A stretch of DNA of 32,000 nt, from positions 2,177,470-2,209,469 of the forward strand of contig NZ_BCNW01000001.1 of the NCBI RefSeq assembly GCF_001571385.1. Reading direction: 5' to 3'. This stretch comes from Methanofollis ethanolicus (lineage in GTDB: Archaea > Halobacteriota > Methanomicrobia > Methanomicrobiales > Methanofollaceae). The first letter of the stretch is position 1, and every line of letters starts with the position of its first letter. The notes beneath the pieces are model-generated. The model was not told the origin of the DNA, searched no databases, and was given only the letters and a program-made list of their open reading frames with translations. Of this stretch, positions 16,906 to 21,738 are shown piece by piece. The position numbers and the translations under genes are program-made.

Positions 16906-17915
16906 TCCCCGCGGCGGGCCTGCGGGCGACCGGGGTCGGCGCCCTGCCGCACCGCGACCCGGACGCCGCATGCCGGGCGGTCCTCGCCGCATTCCCCGAG
17001 GTGCCGTACGCCCCGACCCTCCCGAACAGGAACCCCCTGGAAGCGATCGTCCTCGCGGAGGCCGGGTGTCTGCCCGGCGCGGAGGTCCGCGACGGGAAAG
17101 TGGTCGTCGACACGGGTGCCGACGAAGCGATGGAAAGGGTCTTCATGGACTACCTGGAGGGGCGGTATGCCGGGTACGCCGCGTCGGCGGCCACGGCCTC
17201 GGGTTTCCACCGCCTGATGACATACGACCTCTCCGGCGCCGTCCTCCTGAAGTGCCAGGTCACCGGCCCGGCGACTCTCGGGATGCAGGCGGTGGACAGA
17301 GGTCGGCGGCCCGTCCACTATGACGGGGCGTACGCCGACGTTCTCGGGAAGGCGCTCGCCCTGCGGGCGCGGTGGTCCGAGGCACGGATGCGGGAGCACG
17401 GGGTGCCGACCGTCGTGGTGCTGAACGAGCCCTACCTCACCGCCCTGGGGTCGCCTGTCGTCCCCCTGGACGAGGAGACGGTCAGTTCCTCCTTCGCCGA
17501 CATCGCCGCCCTCCTCGACGGGGGCATCGGTATCCACTGCTGCGCGAACACGGACTGGGGCTTCGTCTTCTCCCTCTCCCCGTCCCTCGTCTCCTTCGAC
17601 GCCCACGCCCATGCCCGCGAGTTCCTCCTGTACGGGGACGACCTTGCGGCGTACCTCGAAGGGGGCGGGGTCGTGGCATGGGGGATGATACCGGCCGACA
17701 GGCCTGCCCCTGACGCTGCGGAACTCGGCCGCATCCACGAGCGCTTCGCCGCGATCAGGCGGGCGGTGGAGGATCTGGTCGGCGACGAGACCTTTGTCGA
17801 CCGCTCCCTGGTCACGCCGACCTGCGGGATCAGGGCAACGGACGAGGCCGGGGCAGGGGCGGTCATGGCGGCGGCGGCGGCGGTCGCGAGACGGGCGCGG
17901 GGTGAGAGAACATGA
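16893..17915 (+). CDS. MetE C-terminal / URO-D-like TIM-barrel protein, probable Zn-dependent methyltransferase (not AcsE-like)
   Basis: 340 aa. 'ATGVGALPHRDP' near the N-terminus, 'GIHCCANTDW' (His-x-Cys) and 'VTPTCGI' (distal Cys) resemble the zinc/thiol-activating motifs of cobalamin-independent methionine synthase and MtaA-type enzymes. GGAGAGGGG lies upstream. 13-nt overlap with the RACo gene and an ATGA overlap with cooC. The family call is by motif only. Confidence 0.55.
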   Translation: MAGVIPAAGLRATGVGALPHRDPDAACRAVLAAFPEVPYAPTLPNRNPLEAIVLAEAGCLPGAEVRDGKVVVDTGADEAMERVFMDYLEGRYAGYAASAATASGFHRLMTYDLSGAVLLKCQVTGPATLGMQAVDRGRRPVHYDGAYADVLGKALALRARWSEARMREHGVPTVVVLNEPYLTALGSPVVPLDEETVSSSFADIAALLDGGIGIHCCANTDWGFVFSLSPSLVSFDAHAHAREFLLYGDDLAAYLEGGGVVAWGMIPADRPAPDAAELGRIHERFAAIRRAVEDLVGDETFVDRSLVTPTCGIRATDEAGAGAVMAAAAAVARRARGERT

Positions 17916-18670
17916 AGCCCTGCACCGTGGCGGTCGCCGGGAAAGGGGGGACAGGGAAGACGACGATCGCCGCCCTCCTGGTGGACGCCCTCGTCGCCGC
18001 CGGCGTGCGCCCTGTCCTCGCGGTGGACGCGGACCCGAACGCCAACCTCCACGAGGCGATGGGGGTCGCCGTCGACGAAACTCTCGGCACGATGCGGGAG
18101 GAGGCGTTCACCCGCGGCATCCCGCCGGGGATGGACAGGCGGGCCTACATCGGTTACCGCTTCAGGAAGGTGCTCGTCGAGGCCGGGGGCTTCGACCTCC
18201 TGGCGATGGGGAGGCCTGAAGGGACGGGGTGCTACTGTTTCGCAAACGACCTCCTCCGCGAGTGCGTCGACTCGCTGGTGCAGGACTACAGGTGCGTGGT
18301 CGTCGATGCCGAGGCCGGGATGGAGCACGTCTCCCGCGGCACCGTCGGGGCGCCCGACGTCCTCCTCGTCGTCTCCGATCCCTCGGCCCGCGGCCTGCGG
18401 ACTGCCCTGCGGATCCGGGACCTCGCCGTCTCCCTCGGCCTTGACGAGGGGCGGATCTTCCTTGTCGTCAACCGCTCGAAAGGGGAGGCGGTGGCGGACG
18501 TACCTCTCCCCCTCGCCGCCGTGGTCCCGTACGACCCGGCAGTCGAGGAGGCCGACGTCGCGGGCCGCCCGGTCATCTCCGTCCCGCCGGGGAGTCCGGC
18601 GAGGGCGGCGGTGGAGGGGCTTCGCCGGTGGGTGATATCCTATACTGCTGTCCGGCCTCCCTCCAGATAG
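17912..18670 (+). CDS. cooC: CooC/AcsF-type Ni-insertion accessory ATPase
   Basis: 252 aa. Deviant Walker A 'AGKGGTGKTT', 'GCYCF' CxC metal-binding motif and 'VVVDAEAGMEH'. Confidence 0.9.
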   Translation: MKPCTVAVAGKGGTGKTTIAALLVDALVAAGVRPVLAVDADPNANLHEAMGVAVDETLGTMREEAFTRGIPPGMDRRAYIGYRFRKVLVEAGGFDLLAMGRPEGTGCYCFANDLLRECVDSLVQDYRCVVVDAEAGMEHVSRGTVGAPDVLLVVSDPSARGLRTALRIRDLAVSLGLDEGRIFLVVNRSKGEAVADVPLPLAAVVPYDPAVEEADVAGRPVISVPPGSPARAAVEGLRRWVISYTAVRPPSR

Positions 18671-18703
18671 GGAAGAGATGAGAGAGATTTCAAAATAACG
18701 GAT

Positions 18704-19060
18704 GAGCATATCCCGGAAATCTCATCCACTCCCCCCATCTCTGCATGCAGGGATCGGGAGAAAAGATCCTGATCGGGTCGATGTCTTCCCGAATTCCCTG
18801 AAGAATCGTGCGAAACCACCGCCTTCCCCTACCTTTCTGCCGGGGGACTGACGCCCCCGGACCCCTTAAACAGGATAGGGTCGGGGAAGAGAGACCGGAG
18901 ATCCTGATGAAGGAGATTGCCATCCGCCCCCCATCGCAATGATGGGGGGACCGGGGGGTGAAACCCCCCGGAACAGACACGAGATCAGGATTTTTTCAGA
19001 ACCAGATACCGATCATTCCATCGACAGGACAGAGGGCATGATCACTTTTGGGATGACCTC
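18704..19060 (+). repeat. Composite intergenic element, copy B (complete, without insertions)
   Basis: Colinear with 21213-21719. Module order: left module with ctgcatgcag palindrome; G5ACT hairpin 18840-18860; 'caggatagggtcggggaagagagaccggagatcctgatgaagga'; hairpin 1 18927-18949; hairpin 2 18951-18971; right module ending tgggatgacctc. Confidence 0.85.
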
Positions 19061-19160
19061 GATCTGTAGAATCGGGCATGAGTCCCCGGGGACTCAGGCA
19101 TACGCGATGAAAATTGTTCTTTGTGGTCTGCTGGTCAACGTGCCTTCCTTTACGCTCGCG

Positions 19161-19205
19161 CCGGGGGACTACCTCGAAGACCTTCGGTCTTCTCGTTGCC
19201 CCCAG
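19161..19205 (+). repeat. 'Filled' G5ACT...C5 hairpin carrying a GAAGACC-ttc-GGTCTTC unit
   Basis: The sequence is ccgggggactacctcGAAGACCttcGGTCTTCtcgttgccccc. It has the same flanks as the empty site at 18840-18860. Confidence 0.75.
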
Positions 19206-19480
19206 ACCCCCGCAGTGCGATAGGGCCAGGAAGGCAGATGCGGAGATTCCATCTTTGAAAGGAGATGTTCGATGAAAATCAGAGTCCCGTGCATCCCCGG
19301 CATGAGGGGTCGGTGAGATCACATCCTCACACAAACCCGGAGAGTCGTTCCTCGGGATCATTTTCAGGGTAAATCCTTTGGATTACTCTCTTTGAGGGGT
19401 TGGCCGCCCTCGAGTCAGGACCGAGCAGGAGACAGAAATACTCTCATTCGATCTTCGATATGGCCTTCCCGGCCCAATCC

Positions 19481-19512
19481 TATGATGGGGGTCCGGGGGT
19501 CGCAACCCCCGG
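19481..19512 (+). repeat. Diverged copy of hairpin-2 module
   Basis: 'tatgatgggggtCCGGGGGTcgcaACCCCCGG' parallels 'caatgatggggggaCCGGGGGGTgaaACCCCCCGG'. Confidence 0.7.
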
Positions 19513-19605
19513 CGCGAAGATAGGGGAAGGCGAGTGATCAGAGGAGCACTCTAACAAAAGCAGGAGAGTTTGGCTTTGTAGAAACTCTCATGATGTATCT
19601 TTGTG

Positions 19606-19626
19606 CCGGGGGCTGGCCGCCCCCGG
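19606..19626 (+). repeat. 'Empty' G5...C5 hairpin
   Basis: The sequence is ccgggggctggccgcccccgg followed by 'acccc', like 18840-18865 (ccgggggactgacgcccccggacccc). Confidence 0.7.
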
Positions 19627-19823
19627 ACCCCGGCCATTAGGAGAGGCGGAGGATGGCAAAACCCTCTCTGGACCTCCTGTTCGCTCTTGTCGGGACAGGA
19701 CCCTTAAGGATCCGGGAGGTGAACCTGGCGGTCAGAGGAGGACGGGCACGGAGCACTGACCATGAAATATGAATGCCTGCGCCAGTGTCCCGCAGCAAGG
19801 ATCCGCCACCCCGACGCACACCC

Positions 19824-19831
19824 CTTTTATC
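19824..19831 (+). promoter_or_regulatory. Putative TATA box of purB (leaderless mRNA)
   Basis: cTTTTATc is centred ~27 nt upstream of ATG 19855. No Shine-Dalgarno-like sequence lies in between. Confidence 0.4.
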
Positions 19832-19854
19832 GCCAGGCGTCCACACTATTCCCC

Positions 19855-21195
19855 ATGGCGATCCACCCGATAGACTACCGGTACGGCACTCCGGAGATGA
19901 AGGCCGTCTGGGGCGAAGAGAACCGGTTCAGGTGCATAGTGGCGGCGGAGGTCGCGCTCGCGCAGGCCGAGGCGGCGTGCGGCGTCATCCCGGCCGACGC
20001 CGCGGCGACGATCAAGGAGTGCGCGGGGAAGGCAACCCTCGCGCGGGCGAACGAGATCGAGGCCGAGATCAACCACGACATGATGGCCGTCGTCAAGGCC
20101 GTCACCGAGGTCTGCGGCGACGCCGGGCGCTGGATCCACTTCGGCGCCACCTCGAACGACATGCTGGACACCGCCACCGGCCTCCAGATGAAGGCGGCGA
20201 TGGACCTGATCGAGGAGAAACTCCAGCGGCTCCTCGCGGTCCTCCTCCGCCGCGCCGGGGAGACGAAGAACCTCGTCTGCGTGGCCCGCACCCACGGCCA
20301 GCACGGCGTGCCGACGACGTACGGCCTGCGGTTTGCGATCTGGGCGAGCGAGGTGGGGCGGCACATCGAGCGCCTCCGCGAGATGCGGCCCAGAGTTGCG
20401 GTCGGTCAACTCACCGGCGCCGTCGGGACGCAGGCGGCCCTGGGCATGAAGGGGCTTGAGGTCCAGCCCGCGATGATGGAGTACCTCGGACTCACCGCAG
20501 TCGACGTCTCGAACCAGGTGATCGCCCGCGACCGGTACGCGGAGTACGTCCTCTTCCTGGCGAACATGGCAACGACCCTGGACAAGATCGGGGTCGAGGT
20601 CCGCTCCCTCCAGAGGACAGAGATCGCCGAGGTCGAGGAGGCCTTCGGCAAGAACCAGGTCGGGTCCTCGACGATGCCCCACAAGAGGAACCCGATCAAG
20701 AGCGAGCAGGTCTGCGGCCTCGCCCGTATCGTCCGCTCGATGGTCGAACCCGCCCTCCAGGACAACACCCTCTGGGACGAGCGCGACCTCACCAACTCCT
20801 CCTGCGAGAGGGTGGTCTTCCCCGAGGCCTCGGTCCTTGCGGACCACATCCTCAATGTGATGACCCGCGTCCTCGACCGCCTGAACATCAGGGAAGAGAA
20901 CATCAGGAAGAACCTCGACCTCCTCCACGGCGTGAACCTGGCCGAGTCGGTGATGATCGAACTGACGAAGAGGGGGATGGGCAGGCAGGACGCCCACGAG
21001 GCCGTCCGCGTGGCGAGCATGACCGCCCTCGCGGAGAAGAGGAGCATCGCCGGCGTCCTCGAAGAGGACCCGAAGGTCGCGGCCGTCCTCTCCTCCGAGG
21101 AGATCGCCGTCCTTCTCAACCCGGACAACTACATCGGCACCGCGGTCGAGCAGGTCGACCTGGTCATTGCAAAACTCAGGCCCCTCTCGGCCTGA
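19855..21195 (+). CDS. purB: Adenylosuccinate lyase
   Basis: 446 aa from 'MAIHPIDYRYGTPEMKAVWGEENRF'. Fumarate-lyase signature 'GSSTMPHKRNP'. The ORF opens at 19762, but the upstream residues are not PurB-like. Confidence 0.93.
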   Translation: MAIHPIDYRYGTPEMKAVWGEENRFRCIVAAEVALAQAEAACGVIPADAAATIKECAGKATLARANEIEAEINHDMMAVVKAVTEVCGDAGRWIHFGATSNDMLDTATGLQMKAAMDLIEEKLQRLLAVLLRRAGETKNLVCVARTHGQHGVPTTYGLRFAIWASEVGRHIERLREMRPRVAVGQLTGAVGTQAALGMKGLEVQPAMMEYLGLTAVDVSNQVIARDRYAEYVLFLANMATTLDKIGVEVRSLQRTEIAEVEEAFGKNQVGSSTMPHKRNPIKSEQVCGLARIVRSMVEPALQDNTLWDERDLTNSSCERVVFPEASVLADHILNVMTRVLDRLNIREENIRKNLDLLHGVNLAESVMIELTKRGMGRQDAHEAVRVASMTALAEKRSIAGVLEEDPKVAAVLSSEEIAVLLNPDNYIGTAVEQVDLVIAKLRPLSA

Positions 21196-21201
21196 AAAAT
21201 C

Positions 21202-21208
21202 TTTTTTT
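21202..21208 (+). terminator. Oligo-T terminator after purB
   Basis: A T7 run starting 7 nt after the purB stop. Confidence 0.55.
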
Positions 21209-21212
21209 CACG

Positions 21213-21719
21213 GAGCATATCCCAGAACTCTCGTTCATTCCCCCCATCTCTGCATGCAGGGATCGGGAGAGAATATCATGATCTGGTCGATATCTTCCTG
21301 AATTCCCTGAAGAATCGTGCGAAACCACTGCCTTCCCCCACCACTCTACCGGGGGACTGACGCCGAAAATCAGAGATTTTCTCGACTCCCTCCGGTCGTT
21401 CCCCGAAACAGGATAGGGTCGGGGAAGAGAGACCGGAGATCCTGATGAAGGAGGTTGCCATCCACCCCCTATCGCAATGATGGGGGGTGCGAGCGTTAGC
21501 GAGCATGAGAAGACGAAGTCTTCGAGACCGGGGGGAGGGAGCGATAGCGACCGTGAGAAAACCGTAGGTTTTCGAGTGGCGAACGCAGGGAGCCAAGAAG
21601 ACCCATCGGGTCTTCGCTGAAACCCCCCGGACAAGACGCCAGAACGGGATTTTTCAGAACCGAATGTGAGCCCTTTCATCGGCGTGCATGAAGGTTCGGA
21701 TCAGTTCTGGGATGACCTC
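21213..21719 (+). repeat. Composite intergenic element, copy C (carries two internal insertions)
   Basis: Same module order as 18704-19060. It has an extra ~35-40 nt inside the G5ACT hairpin (21349-21405) and an extra ~130 nt inside hairpin 2 (21488-21617). Its right module is nearly identical to 53-142. Confidence 0.85.
21488..21617 (+). repeat. Three tandem ~40-nt hairpin units inserted in hairpin 2 of copy C
   Basis: Units share a gagcg..agcga-like 5' part followed by a hairpin: GAAGAC-gaa-GTCTTC (21509-21523), GAAAACC-gta-GGTTTTC (21556-21572), GAAGACCC-atc-GGGTCTTC (21597-21615). Confidence 0.8.
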
Positions 21720-21723
21720 ACGC

Positions 21724-21731
21724 AAAAAAAA
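21724..21731 (-). terminator. Oligo-T terminator (T8 on minus strand) after surface-protein gene 1
   Basis: An A8 run on the plus strand, 8 nt beyond the stop at 21739. The same arrangement occurs at 25012-25019. Confidence 0.55.
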
Positions 21732-21738
21732 GAGGATT

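Noticed and set aside
13552-16992. Long alternative-frame ORFs over acsC and RACo (13554-16067 +, 13552-15327 -, 15385-16992 -)
   Set aside because: This is the same GC-driven artefact. The annotated frames carry the Fe-S, corrinoid-protein and ASKHA motifs, while these frames give only R/G/P/D-rich strings.
18927-18971. G-quadruplex or i-motif formation by the G6/C6 runs
   Set aside because: Only two G-runs and two C-runs occur per strand per element, fewer than the four tracts needed. Watson-Crick hairpins explain the arrangement better.
18690-21596. ORFs 18690-18980 (-) and 21276-21596 (-) that share 'PHHCD.G.MA.SFIRISGLSSPTLSC'
   Set aside because: The shared peptide only reflects DNA identity of the repeat. 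The insertions between copies are not multiples of three and break the frame. There is no credible start context.
21488-21617. Possible CRISPR array or degenerate CRISPR repeats among the GC hairpins
   Set aside because: There are only three contiguous units with no spacers. The unit sequences differ from one another, and no cas genes or leader are present. Other copies are solitary and lie in both orientations.
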